This document shows positions 63,637 through 64,000 of a stretch of DNA of 64,000 nt, piece after piece; positions within the stretch are counted from its first letter, which is position 1; every line of letters starts with the position of its first letter. Under the pieces are notes generated by a model. The model was not told the DNA's origin. It did no database searches and saw nothing but the letters and a program-made list of their open reading frames with translations. The stretch is from assembly GCA_964403505.1 (NCBI GenBank), contig CAYOFP010000004.1:33978-97977 (forward strand), read 5' to 3'. The stretch comes from an uncultured Lachnospiraceae bacterium (lineage in GTDB: Bacteria; Bacillota; Clostridia; Oscillospirales; CAG-272). The position numbers and the translations under genes are program-made.

Positions 63637-64000
63637 TTTAGAAGTTCACTTCATGTCCGGTTTTTTAGGTCAAAGCGTCGGCATGAATGTCATCCTGCCC
63701 GAGTTAAGACCCGGAGATAAGACCGCAGACGGCAGAACAGTCGGGGAGAAATTCCCTGTTCTCTACCTTTTGCACGGTCTGTCCGATGACTATACCGGCT
63801 GGGCGAGGTATTCCTCGATCGAAAGATATGCAAGAGATTACGGCATTGCGGTCGTTATGCCCGACGGAGCGATCAATTTCTATGCAGATAACCCGAAGGG
63901 AAGCAGATACTATTACAGTCTGATCGCAAAAGAGATACCCGATTTCTGTAAGAGACATTTCGCCTGTATATCCGACAAGCGAGAGGATACATACATCGCA
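63629..64000 (+). CDS. alpha/beta-hydrolase esterase (esterase D / tributyrin-esterase-like), 3' end off the window
   Basis: Not in the ORF track because it is open-ended. My translation from the ATG at 63629 is MANLEVHFMSGFLGQSVGMNVILP...FPVLYLLHGLSDDYTGW..., which overlaps the trmO stop by 8 nt. Confidence 0.7.
   Translation, partial: MANLEVHFMSGFLGQSVGMNVILPELRPGDKTADGRTVGEKFPVLYLLHGLSDDYTGWARYSSIERYARDYGIAVVMPDGAINFYADNPKGSRYYYSLIAKEIPDFCKRHFACISDKREDTYIA

Noticed and set aside
1-64000. CRISPR arrays, rRNA operons, IS elements and transposases
   Set aside because: None found. The repeats present (families A, B, C) are long foldback elements at scattered loci, not short direct repeats with regular spacers. 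No ORF resembles a transposase, integrase or Cas protein.

Overview
This looks like a chromosomal segment from a Firmicutes/Clostridia-type anaerobe. That is my guess from gene content and protein sequences (Oscillospiraceae/Ruminococcaceae-like) and cannot be verified here. The content is mostly core genes:
- a complete V-type ATPase operon (1-8519, minus strand)
- a split transketolase, ldh, and a complete rnfCDGEAB operon with an Sfp-type PPTase gene coupled to its end
- an MBOAT+DHHW O-acyltransferase pair
- an orphan holin-amidase cassette
- an ABC / DUF1854 / ABC exporter operon
- two convergent XRE-HTH/TPR regulators
- prfB, NIF3 and trmK
- an alanine/glycine:cation symporter controlled by a glycine riboswitch
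- pncB, and rpiB-tsaB-tsaE
- a second ABC exporter pair with a divergent ArsR-like regulator
- luxS-mtnN
- an OmpR/HK two-component system next to an HtrA-like protease
- galM, trmO and five tRNA genes

I saw no rRNA, CRISPR array, transposase, integrase or recognisable defence genes. I did not find a convincing new multi-gene protein system.

The most unusual signal is non-coding. Three families of highly structured foldback repeats (A, B, C; 9 copies) fill intergenic regions.
- Family B sits directly against the RBS of both htrA and its neighbouring two-component operon.
- Family C is clustered four times in 3 kb, and one copy lies between a glycine riboswitch and its ORF.
- Families B and C share an odd layout: a conserved terminal clamp, a copy-specific self-complementary segment, and a near-identical core.

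Secondary curiosities:
- the phage-less holin/amidase pair
- paralogous zinc-ribbon N-terminal domains on both halves of the DUF1854-associated ABC exporter
- a LytM-domain protein with degenerate catalytic motifs
- an orphan carrier protein

All coordinates and start-codon refinements come from reading the sequence by eye, and no database searches were possible. The ORF track prints M for alternative start codons (for example TTG at prfB, GTG at trmO).
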